Shown one piece after another: positions 19,424-27,040 of a stretch of 27,496 nucleotides of DNA. Numbering within the stretch: the first letter of the stretch is position 1; the number at the start of each line of letters is the position of its first letter. Made by a program: the position numbers and the translations under genes. Source of the stretch: Clostridia bacterium (GTDB lineage: Bacteria > Bacillota > Clostridia > CAKSNL01 > HGM11501). The DNA is taken from the NCBI GenBank assembly GCA_045545475.1, contig JAZQAZ010000046.1, forward strand, positions 1 through 27,496. Direction: 5' to 3'. The notes beneath the pieces were generated by a model that was not told where the DNA came from, did no database searches, and saw nothing but the letters and a program-made list of their open reading frames with translations.

Positions 19424-19972
19424 TCAGTTTAATTTGTCTCTCATCAGCAAGTATTTTGTAATAGCAATTATTGTTTTGGCATCGTAAAAATGCCTGCCCT
19501 CTTCAATCAGCTTTTTCGCTTCTTCCACATGCATTTTAACAAGGGAAAGATATTCGTCCTCGTCGGTGTGGGCATCGCCTGTCTTTTTCACGTTTTTTGC
19601 AAAAAAGATATATACAATTTCGCCTAAATACCCGGGTGAAGGATAGATTTTGCCAAAATCAACTATTCTTTCCGCACTGTATCCCGTTTCCTCGGAAAGC
19701 TCCCTTAAAGCCGTTTCCTTAGGATTTTCCCCAATATTCAATTTGCCTGCGGGAATTTCGTAAGTCACCTCATCATAAGGGCGGCGGTACTGCTTCACAA
19801 GAAGGATTTCGTCATTTTCCGTAACAGCTAAAACGCCACTTCCTCCGCTGTGCTCGATTATCTCACGGTCGGCAACTTTACCGTCCGGGAGAGTCACCTT
19901 ATCGCAGCGGACTTTAAATATTTTTCCTTCAAAAACATATTTTCTCGAAATTTCTTTTTCAAAAAGCTCCAT
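19424..19972 (-). CDS. NUDIX hydrolase, ADP-ribose pyrophosphatase (NudF-like)
   Basis: Nudix box GKLNIGENPKETALRELSEETGY, QYRRP, YPSPG, DAKT. Confidence 0.92.
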   Translation of the reverse strand: MELFEKEISRKYVFEGKIFKVRCDKVTLPDGKVADREIIEHSGGSGVLAVTENDEILLVKQYRRPYDEVTYEIPAGKLNIGENPKETALRELSEETGYSAERIVDFGKIYPSPGYLGEIVYIFFAKNVKKTGDAHTDEDEYLSLVKMHVEEAKKLIEEGRHFYDAKTIIAITKYLLMRDKLN

Positions 19973-19979
19973 ATTAACC

Positions 19980-22358
19980 TCACTTAATTGTGATTACGGT
20001 AACGCCCGCTTCACCTTCGCCGTAAGCACCGAGACGGAAGGACTTGATGCGCTTTTCCTGTCGGCAATACTGATGCACCATTGCACGAAGGGCACCTGTT
20101 CCCTTACCGTGAATTACTCTTACGGTTTCAATTTTCGCTAAAACTGCATCATCAATAAACTTTTCAAGCTCCATAAAAGCTTCGTCGGACATAAGACCCC
20201 TGAGGTCAAGCTCCGTTGATGCGGTCTGGGTTTTGGAAACCCTGGTTTTGTCAATGCTCTTGACCTTTTTCTCCGGCACCTTTATTTTATCCTCAACTAC
20301 TCTTAAGGCAGAGATATTAACGGTTACTTTTAATATACCCGTCTGCACGATTAAGTTACCTTTGGCGTCGGGCAGCGTCATAACATTTGCCCTTTGACCG
20401 AGAGTTAATACCTCAACCTCCTGACCGAGAAGAAGATTTTTGGGTATCTTATTGTTCTTCGGCATCAATACATTTTCTGAAAGCTTGTCAGAAAGTGCAT
20501 TTTCTTCTTCACGAAGACGTTTTCTTATCTCTTCCGCCGTCTTTTTAGCCTTGGACTTATCGTCCTCGTTTAACGCCTTTTTAACTTCTTCAAGCATTTC
20601 TTCGGTCTGCTTTTTAGCCGCTTCCACAATCCTCTTGGCTTCACGTCTTGCATCCTGTAATAAGCTGTCCTTCTGCTTGTCTATACGACTCTTATCGTCC
20701 GTAAGCTTCTTTTTTGCAGAATAGTTTTCCTGCCTTATTCTTTCCGCTTCTTCCTTTGCCGCCTCAGCTTCCTGCTTGTTTTTCTCAAGCTCCGTCACAA
20801 GATCTTCAAAGCGGATATTTTCCGCAGTTAGGTTTTCCTTTGCCTTTCCTATGATATAATCGCTTACGCCAAGCTTTGATGCAATGGCAAAGGCGTTACT
20901 TTTACCGGGTATGCCGATTAAAAGACGATATGTGGGACTAAGTGTAGCAAGGTCAAATTCGCAGGCGGCATTCTCCACTCTGTCTGTGGAAAGAGCGTAA
21001 AGCTTTACCTCGCTGTAGTGGGTTGTAGCGGCTGTTTTAGCACCCGATGCCCTTACATATTCCAGTATTGCCATAGCAAGTGCCGCCCCCTCTGCCGGAT
21101 CGGTTCCCGCACCAAGTTCGTCGAATAATACGAGGGACTTATCGTCCGCCTCGTTTAATATTTTAACGATATTTACCATATGGCTTGAAAACGTGGAAAG
21201 AGATTGTTCGATACTCTGCTCATCACCGATGTCGGCAAACACCTTGGTAAAGACAGAAAGGCAGCTTCCTTCCTTTGCAGGAATCATAAGCCCCGTCTGT
21301 GCCATAAGAGTAAAGAGTCCTAATGTTTTAAGGGTAACCGTTTTACCGCCTGTGTTGGGACCGGTTATAACAAGAGTATCAAAATCACGGCCGAGGTACA
21401 CATCCACGGGAACGACCTTTCTTTTATTAATTAAGGGATGGCGGCCCTTATGAATTTCTATAATGCCGTCATCGTTAAGTGTCGGCACAGTTGCATCCAT
21501 ATCAAGGGCAAGACGTGCCCTTGCAAAAATCATATCGGCTTCCAGAATATATTTATAGTTATCGCCTATCTGCACTCTGTAATCGGCAATTTGTGAGGTA
21601 AACTCGGAAAGGATTCTTTCAATTTCTTCCTTTTCCATTCCCACAAGCTTATGGATTTCGTTGTTTATTTCCACAACCTGCATAGGCTCAACGAAAACCG
21701 TTGCACCGGAGCCCGAGGCATCGTGAACGATACCCGAAACACTTCCTCTGTGCTCCGACTTTACGGGAAGAACATATCTTCCGTTTCGCATGGTAACAAG
21801 GCTTTCCTGAAGGGCGTTTCTGTACCTTTCCGACTTTATCATTTCGGAAAGCACATCCCTTATCTTATCCGACAGCTTTTCCATTCTGCGGCGGATTGAA
21901 TAAAGCTCGCTCGATGCATCGTCCGCCAGCTCATCATCGGAAAGAATGCAACGGTCAATCTCCCTTTCAAGGGAAGGAAGCTCCGCCATACATTCGGATA
22001 CAATATCCAAAAGAGGGTAATACTCCTCATCGTGATTTCGCATATATGCCTTAAGAAGTCTTGTAACCCTTAAAACGTGACCTACGTTTTTTATTTCACG
22101 GCAGGACAAACAAGCCCCCACCTCTGCCCTTTTTAATGTAGGCACAATGTCCGTTAATGGTGCAATGGGCGCTTCCTGATGCTTTACAGTAAAGCGGAAG
22201 GCCTCGTCCGCCTGGGCAAGGAGCCTTTCTGCTTCAATGCGGTCGGTCGTCGGTCTTAAATTAAGGGCGTTTTCCTTTGTCTTTGCGCAAACCGCCTTTT
22301 CCGAAAGCATTTTAAGTATTTTATCATATTCAAGTACTTTTAAGTTTCTTTCTTCCAT
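19980..22358 (-). CDS. mutS2: MutS2 with C-terminal Smr domain
   Basis: ITGPNTGGKT Walker A, DIGDEQSIEQSLSTFSSHM, DELGAGTDP, coiled coil, LDLRG...IHGKGTG Smr motif. Confidence 0.98.
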   Translation of the reverse strand: MEERNLKVLEYDKILKMLSEKAVCAKTKENALNLRPTTDRIEAERLLAQADEAFRFTVKHQEAPIAPLTDIVPTLKRAEVGACLSCREIKNVGHVLRVTRLLKAYMRNHDEEYYPLLDIVSECMAELPSLEREIDRCILSDDELADDASSELYSIRRRMEKLSDKIRDVLSEMIKSERYRNALQESLVTMRNGRYVLPVKSEHRGSVSGIVHDASGSGATVFVEPMQVVEINNEIHKLVGMEKEEIERILSEFTSQIADYRVQIGDNYKYILEADMIFARARLALDMDATVPTLNDDGIIEIHKGRHPLINKRKVVPVDVYLGRDFDTLVITGPNTGGKTVTLKTLGLFTLMAQTGLMIPAKEGSCLSVFTKVFADIGDEQSIEQSLSTFSSHMVNIVKILNEADDKSLVLFDELGAGTDPAEGAALAMAILEYVRASGAKTAATTHYSEVKLYALSTDRVENAACEFDLATLSPTYRLLIGIPGKSNAFAIASKLGVSDYIIGKAKENLTAENIRFEDLVTELEKNKQEAEAAKEEAERIRQENYSAKKKLTDDKSRIDKQKDSLLQDARREAKRIVEAAKKQTEEMLEEVKKALNEDDKSKAKKTAEEIRKRLREEENALSDKLSENVLMPKNNKIPKNLLLGQEVEVLTLGQRANVMTLPDAKGNLIVQTGILKVTVNISALRVVEDKIKVPEKKVKSIDKTRVSKTQTASTELDLRGLMSDEAFMELEKFIDDAVLAKIETVRVIHGKGTGALRAMVHQYCRQEKRIKSFRLGAYGEGEAGVTVITIK

Positions 22359-22398
22359 AGTTTTGCCTCATAAAATTTCTGCATATTTATACTATTTT

Positions 22399-22427
22399 AT
22401 TTTACCATTTTTTTGCCTTTAAGTCAA
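22399..22427 (-). promoter_or_regulatory. Sigma-A promoter of mutS2
   Basis: TTGACT (22427-22422), 17 bp spacer, TGgTAAAAT (-10 at 22404-22399). Confidence 0.7.
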
Positions 22428-22436
22428 TATCAGGAT

Positions 22437-22471
22437 AAAAAAATACACAGACGTTTTTAAGGTCTGTGTAT
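22437..22471 (-). terminator. Intrinsic terminator after the LOG gene
   Basis: ATACACAGAC/GTCTGTGTAT stem, followed by a T-tract on the minus strand. Confidence 0.8.
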
Positions 22472-22477
22472 AATTAA

Positions 22478-23056
22478 TCATAATTTCAAATCCTTGATGT
22501 CATAGTCGGGAATGTGGTCGTTTTCGATATAGTCAAAAATATCTTCCATATCCTCGGAAAAATGATAAAGACTTAAGCAGTTATCCGCAATAAATTTCTT
22601 CTCAATGGCGTTTTTCATGCTTACGTCAATGTCGTTGTAATAGCCTTCGAAATTGTATACCGCAATGGGCTTTTTATGCTGTTTAAGCTGCTTCAATGTA
22701 AGTATTTCAAAAAATTCTTCATATGTTCCGATACCGCCGGGAACAACTAAAAAGGCGTCGGAAAGCTCCTCCATTTTCGCCTTCCTCTCCCTCATTGTTT
22801 CGGTGAAAATAAGCTCAGTGCACTTATCGAAAATTACTTCTACCCCATCTTCTTTAAAAAACGAAGGGATTACGCCGTAAATTTTAGCTCCGCCCCTGTG
22901 TGCTCCGCGTGCCGCCGCGCCCATAAGGCCGCTTCCGCCTGCACCGAATACAAGGTTGTGTCCACGTTTCGCAAGAATTTCTCCCAGCATTTCCACCTTT
23001 TCAATATATTTTCTGTCAATTTTTTCAGATGCTGCGCCAAATACACAAATGTTCAT
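22478..23056 (-). CDS. LOG family (TIGR00730-type) nucleotide phosphoribohydrolase
   Basis: GLMGAAARG, MRERKAKM, PGGIGTYEE. Confidence 0.93.
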   Translation of the reverse strand: MNICVFGAASEKIDRKYIEKVEMLGEILAKRGHNLVFGAGGSGLMGAAARGAHRGGAKIYGVIPSFFKEDGVEVIFDKCTELIFTETMRERKAKMEELSDAFLVVPGGIGTYEEFFEILTLKQLKQHKKPIAVYNFEGYYNDIDVSMKNAIEKKFIADNCLSLYHFSEDMEDIFDYIENDHIPDYDIKDLKL

Positions 23057-23067
23057 AATTTCTCCTT

Positions 23068-23751
23068 TCAGAACAACAAATCGGCGGTTTTAACGCCCGT
23101 TGCCTCTAACTTTTTATTGTATTCAATAACCCTGTCTCCAAGGTAATCTTCAATTCTGTGCCCGTCAAAGCCGATGCTTACATAAACGCCTGAATCCTTT
23201 ATTATTTTCTGCTGTGTTTCGCTTTCAAAAAAGCGTTTCACATATTCGTGCTCACGGTAGCAGTGAATGGAATCGTAATTTACGTTCATTTCCCAGAATG
23301 TTCCGGTATCAGCTAATCTTTTGAAAAATTCTTCGGGCGCCATATTCCTTTTTTCCGCCGCGGCAAAAAGGTCTGTATGCGCTATTCCCTTTTTTATCTT
23401 TATGCTCTCTAAAAATTCAAAAAGGTTATGCTCCGAAATCTTCCCTTCGGAATCGGGATTTTCTATTAAGCAATAGTCAAAAAGCTTATAGTCATCCTCC
23501 GTCATATCGTACTTTTCGGGAATGACGGAAATTTCAATTCCGCAAAGAAGTGTAATTTTTCCTTCATACTCCTTTTTAAGAGAGTTTATAAGCTTACTGT
23601 ATTCTTCTTTCCTTTGTCCTATTCCGTAATTATGGTCGCAAATTCCGAAAAGCTTTATGCCCGATTCAATAGCCTTGTCAATTATAACGTGGGGCTCGTC
23701 CTTTCCGCATCCCGAATAATAGGTGTGTGAATGTATGTCCATATATTTCAT
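23068..23751 (-). CDS. PHP-domain metallo-phosphoesterase
   Basis: DIHSHT, ICDHN, GIE, AH, GFDGH metal ligands; start at ATG 23751 behind GAGGTGA. Confidence 0.85.
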   Translation of the reverse strand: MKYMDIHSHTYYSGCGKDEPHVIIDKAIESGIKLFGICDHNYGIGQRKEEYSKLINSLKKEYEGKITLLCGIEISVIPEKYDMTEDDYKLFDYCLIENPDSEGKISEHNLFEFLESIKIKKGIAHTDLFAAAEKRNMAPEEFFKRLADTGTFWEMNVNYDSIHCYREHEYVKRFFESETQQKIIKDSGVYVSIGFDGHRIEDYLGDRVIEYNKKLEATGVKTADLLF

Positions 23752-23769
23752 ATGCCTCACCTCTTATTT

Positions 23770-23836
23770 ATTATACATTTTTTCTCACGAAAAGTCAATT
23801 AATACTATTGACACAGAAATGAATTTAATGTAAATT
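23770..23836. promoter_or_regulatory. Back-to-back sigma-A promoters for the PHP and SGNH genes
   Basis: Minus strand: TTGACT (23798-23793), 17 bp, TATAAT (23775-23770). Plus strand: TTGACA (23808-23813), 17 bp, TAAATT (23831-23836). Confidence 0.7.
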
Positions 23837-23864
23837 AAATAAAAACAGTTAAAGGAGAATTCAT

Positions 23865-24569
23865 ATGGCTTTTGACAGAAGTAAATCCATCGCCGACAAG
23901 GCAAACACCGTTGATGCGAAAAATCAGCTTGATGTAAGTAATTATATTTCTTTTATAAATAAGGACGGATGCGGAGTAAGAATTATGTATGCGGGAAACT
24001 CCATCACCCGCCACGGAGTCAATGAGTCCATCGGTTGGCCTAATGATTTTGGTATGGCGGCGTCATCCATTGACAAGGACTATGTACATATCTTATCCAA
24101 AAGGGTTTTGGAAAAAGACGAAAACGCCGCTTTTTGCATAGCACAGTGTGCCGCCTGGGAGCGTGCCTTCTGGGATGATGCGGTTTATGATAAATTCTTC
24201 GTTGCGAAAAACTTCGCACCCGACATTTTAATTTACCGCCTTGGTGAAAATGTGCTTCTTGAGGATTTTAACGCCCACGATTTTAAAGAAGGTATAAGAC
24301 ACCTGCTTAAGTATTTAACAAGCGAAAATCCCGATGCAAAAATTATCTTCACCACAAACTTCTGGATTAAAGAACCCGTTGACAATGCCTTAATTGAGGT
24401 TGCAGCCGAATATGGAAAAAAGGCTCACGATTTAGGCCTGCTCGGCGAAAATCCTGAAATGAAGGCAATCGGACTTTTCGAGCATTCCGGCGTTGCCGCC
24501 CACCCCGGCGACAAGGGCATGGAAGCCATTGCCGACGCAATCTGGGAAGAATTAAAGGATATGATATAA
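23865..24569 (+). CDS. SGNH/GDSL family hydrolase
   Basis: Block I AGNSIT, block III LGEN, block V HPGDKG; AAAGGAG RBS. Confidence 0.88.
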   Translation: MAFDRSKSIADKANTVDAKNQLDVSNYISFINKDGCGVRIMYAGNSITRHGVNESIGWPNDFGMAASSIDKDYVHILSKRVLEKDENAAFCIAQCAAWERAFWDDAVYDKFFVAKNFAPDILIYRLGENVLLEDFNAHDFKEGIRHLLKYLTSENPDAKIIFTTNFWIKEPVDNALIEVAAEYGKKAHDLGLLGENPEMKAIGLFEHSGVAAHPGDKGMEAIADAIWEELKDMI

Positions 24570-24570
24570 G

Positions 24571-24605
24571 AAAGACCCCACACGGAAAATTCCGTGTGGG
24601 GTTTT
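24571..24605. terminator. Probably bidirectional intrinsic terminator at the core/accessory boundary
   Basis: 12-bp stem ACCCCACACGGA/TCCGTGTGGGGT between convergent genes, with T-rich runs on both strands. Confidence 0.85.
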
Positions 24606-24641
24606 GTAATTGTGATACATAAGGTTTAGATGCAAATAATT

Positions 24642-25058
24642 TTACATCCAACCATCAAGAAGTTTTATGATTTCCTCTAACTTTTTATCTTTTGTATTAT
24701 CTGAATCTTGCCAATAAACGAAGAAATTCACAAATCTCTTCATGATATTACTTATATCAATAGATTTAGTTTTCATTATACTCGTAAGATATTCTACCAC
24801 ATTCTTATTATTTAACCTTGCAAAGAAGCTTCTCATATATGCTTTGGATACATCGCTATCAAAAGCATAACGAGTAATATCTTTTAATTTTTCAAGAAAA
24901 AGTCTATATATTCTGTTTTCTGAGATTCCATCAAAATCATTATTCATAAAATCACTAACCTGAATAAACAATTCCTTTATTACAGTTTCGTATTTCGGAA
25001 ATTCTTCTTTCAGTTCGCTTTGCACAAGCTCTAAATATGTCAAACATTCTTTTTTCAT
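24642..25058 (-). CDS. Hypothetical protein (AT-rich, likely helical)
   Basis: 138-aa ORF with an AAGGAG RBS; no motif recognised. Confidence 0.7.
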   Translation of the reverse strand: MKKECLTYLELVQSELKEEFPKYETVIKELFIQVSDFMNNDFDGISENRIYRLFLEKLKDITRYAFDSDVSKAYMRSFFARLNNKNVVEYLTSIMKTKSIDISNIMKRFVNFFVYWQDSDNTKDKKLEEIIKLLDGWM

Positions 25059-25086
25059 TTCGCGCTCCTTTAGACATCATTAAAAA

Positions 25087-25764
25087 TCAACATTCTTCAA
25101 AAACTTCTTTTATTGAAATTTTTTCTATATGTTTCAAATCTTTAAGAGCGGACCATTCTAGACTCTTTTCTGTAAAGCCAGCCCTCTCCCATCTCTTGTA
25201 CCTTGCCAGATAATCAAATGTATCATTACTTATTTTTTTAATATTTATAATTTCTGTATTTTCAAATACACCTACAAATCCATAACCATACACGCCCTCG
25301 CTATTCCGAAAAAAACCGAGAACATAGCAATTGCCTGTATGTTCATCAAATTCGAGTTCTTCAAGAAACATATCTTCTCTTTCTCCAAACAATACCTTTG
25401 CAACAGAAAAATCCGTTGTATTATAAACAGTAAGTTGTGTTCTTGTTGAATAAACAGTTTTTTCTATATTGTAAAAATAATTACCATCCGGAGAAAAGGC
25501 ATACCCCTGATCCTGCGCACCTATTCCTGTTATACTGATTTTCTTAACGAGTTCTAATTTTTCCAAGTCATATACTGCCAGTTTTCCTTCTGTAGATTTA
25601 ACAACAACGACATTTGATCCGGGTTTCAGAGCTGCATTATAACCATAAGCAATATCTTTAAATTTCGCTAACTCATTGTCATTCTTATCATAAACATATA
25701 CGGTTCCGCCGTTACATCCAATTTTATATGATTCATTTTCGTAAAATCCCCAAAATTTTTTCAT
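25087..25764 (-). CDS. Hypothetical protein with beta-propeller-like repeats
   Basis: VYVYD, LAVYDLE, AFSPDGNYFY, LTVYNT and FDEHTG blade-like motifs. An AGGAGG RBS at 25776-25771 favours ATG 25764 or 25767. Confidence 0.7.
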   Translation of the reverse strand: MKKFWGFYENESYKIGCNGGTVYVYDKNDNELAKFKDIAYGYNAALKPGSNVVVVKSTEGKLAVYDLEKLELVKKISITGIGAQDQGYAFSPDGNYFYNIEKTVYSTRTQLTVYNTTDFSVAKVLFGEREDMFLEELEFDEHTGNCYVLGFFRNSEGVYGYGFVGVFENTEIINIKKISNDTFDYLARYKRWERAGFTEKSLEWSALKDLKHIEKISIKEVFEEC

Positions 25765-25786
25765 CATTTTCCTCCTTCCGACGATA

Positions 25787-25825
25787 TCAACAATCTTTAT
25801 ATAAAGACTATATAATCCAGATACC
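25787..25825. repeat. 39-bp direct repeat, copy A
   Basis: 32/39 identical to 27052-27090; the first 16 bp match 26376-26391 at 15/16. Confidence 0.8.
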
Positions 25826-25832
25826 AAGCATC

Positions 25833-25885
25833 AAAGCCTCCCTTGCCTAAAGGGAGGTGTCAGTCGCAGACTGACGGAGGGATTC
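25833..25885. repeat. Double-hairpin REP-like repeat, left of the DUF559 gene
   Basis: AAAG CCTCCCT-TGCCTAA-AGGGAGG T GTCAGTC-GCA-GACTGAC GGAGGGATTC; inverted relative to the copies at 26233-26359. Confidence 0.9.
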
Positions 25886-26230
25886 CTTTACAGCAATATC
25901 TATATATTGACAAATCCCCTCAAAATTTTTATTCACTTCGTTATTGGGGATTCTGATAACAGTTAAATTTCGTTGTTCAATTCTTTCTGTCCTGATTTTA
26001 TCTTTTAGCAAACCCTTTTCTTCATAGTGTTGCGAGCCATCAAGTTCTATAATTAACCTTACGCTATGGCAATAAAAATCTACTATGTAATTATCAATTA
26101 CTTTTTGTCTTAAAAATCTAACGGGATAACTTTTCAAAAAATCATACCAAAGATGTCGCTCTTCTTTTGTCATATTCTTACGCAATGCTCTTGCATTAGT
26201 TGTTAATTCTGTGTTATGTTTTCTTTCCAT
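25847..26230 (-). CDS. DUF559 (Vsr-like) endonuclease domain protein
   Basis: ARALRKNMTKEERHLW, FLRQKVIDNYIVDFYC, IIELDGSQH, DKIRT, VIRIPN are typical DUF559 motifs. The start is placed at ATG 26230 behind GGAGGG. Confidence 0.9.
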   Translation of the reverse strand: MERKHNTELTTNARALRKNMTKEERHLWYDFLKSYPVRFLRQKVIDNYIVDFYCHSVRLIIELDGSQHYEEKGLLKDKIRTERIEQRNLTVIRIPNNEVNKNFEGICQYIDIAVKESLRQSATDTSL

Positions 26231-26232
26231 GT

Positions 26233-26359
26233 ATCCCTCCACCTATCAGCGAATTTTGCTTTTGCAAAATATCGCCTAAAGGTCCCCCTCCGAAATCCTC
26301 CCCCCGTCTGCGACGGTCCCCCCTCCTTTAGGCAAGGAGGGCTTTGCAAGGGAGGCTTT
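26233..26359. repeat. Two nested double-hairpin repeats, right of the DUF559 gene
   Basis: The outer unit is 26233-26291 plus 26346-26359. The inner complete unit is 26293-26345 (CCGTC-TGC-GACGG ... CCCTCCT-TTAGGCA-AGGAGGG CTTT). Confidence 0.85.
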
Positions 26360-26364
26360 TTACT

Positions 26365-26381
26365 TTCGTCAAAATTCGACA
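26365..26381 (-). promoter_or_regulatory. Tandem Spo0A-box-like heptamers
   Basis: The minus strand reads TGTCGAA-TTT-TGACGAA, two matches to TGNCGAA. Confidence 0.5.
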
Positions 26382-26421
26382 ATCTTTATATGATTTTGTC
26401 AAGTTAGGGACAAAAAAAGAT

Positions 26422-26835
26422 TTAGTGACCTCTTAAATCCAAATAATAGAATGGTGCACTTTTAGCATACACTAACACATAATATTTTTTTGAGTTATCT
26501 GTAACATATTTTGAAAATTGTCTGTTTGTTTTGGTTTCAAAGTGTAATTCTTCAAAAGGTAAAACTTCGTGTGCATCCGGAAATTTGTCCTTCACAATTT
26601 CTTTTTGATATTCTGTTTCAATTAAAGCAGTTACTATCAAATATGTATGATCACCATTCGCAACATTGCCACAACCGTTTAATGTATCTATCATACTAAT
26701 ATCATCAACTTCAGCAATAACTTTTTCAACCTCTATCTTATATTGTTCGCACGCAAAATCATCAACCCAATATGGTATAAACAAACATATAATAATAACT
26801 AATGCTATTAAACCCCAAATGATTATTTTCTTCAA
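26422..26835 (-). CDS. Hypothetical membrane-anchored or exported protein
   Basis: TTG start at 26835 behind AAAGGAAGTG. MKKIIIWGLIALVIIICLFIPYW is a signal/anchor segment. The ORF-track extension to 26949 runs through a repeat. Confidence 0.75.
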   Translation of the reverse strand: MKKIIIWGLIALVIIICLFIPYWVDDFACEQYKIEVEKVIAEVDDISMIDTLNGCGNVANGDHTYLIVTALIETEYQKEIVKDKFPDAHEVLPFEELHFETKTNRQFSKYVTDNSKKYYVLVYAKSAPFYYLDLRGH

Positions 26836-26851
26836 ACTATCACTTCCTTTC

Positions 26852-27034
26852 AAGGCTTCTCCTTGAGGAGAGGCCCCGCCTATCAGCGATTTTCGGTTTT
26901 GCATAGAAAATCGCCCAAAGGCGGTGGTGAGGTGTAGATTGCGTAGCAATCGTTATTCTTTTCCACCTCATCCGAGTTTCAGCAAAATCTGCCTGATTTT
27001 GCCTACACCCCCTTCCCCTCAAGGGGAAGGCTTT
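26852..27034. repeat. Gene-less paired (REPIN-like) palindromic element
   Basis: Left AAGGCTTCTCC-TTGA-GGAGAGG...GGTGAGGTG (26852-26934) and right CACCTCATCC...CCTTCCCC-TCAA-GGGGAAGGCTTT (26964-27034) are inverted partners. A central GATTGC-GTA-GCAATC hairpin lies at 26937-26951. Confidence 0.85.
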
Positions 27035-27040
27035 TTTGAA

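Noticed and set aside
338-23146. Numerous plus-strand and alternate-frame ORFs overlapping housekeeping genes (e.g. 542-1120, 12283-12723, 15551-16087)
   Set aside because: These are shadows of well-supported genes and have no motifs of their own.
26321-26361. Hairpins ending in GGCTTTTT treated as simple terminators
   Set aside because: Their T-tracts face the plus strand, where no gene ends. They may terminate transcription incidentally, but that does not explain the pairing, nesting and compensatory changes.
26242-26921. c-di-GMP-I riboswitch reading of the GCAAAA-containing modules
   Set aside because: Each module is a single hairpin; the two-stem architecture with a GNRA tetraloop and receptor is not visible.
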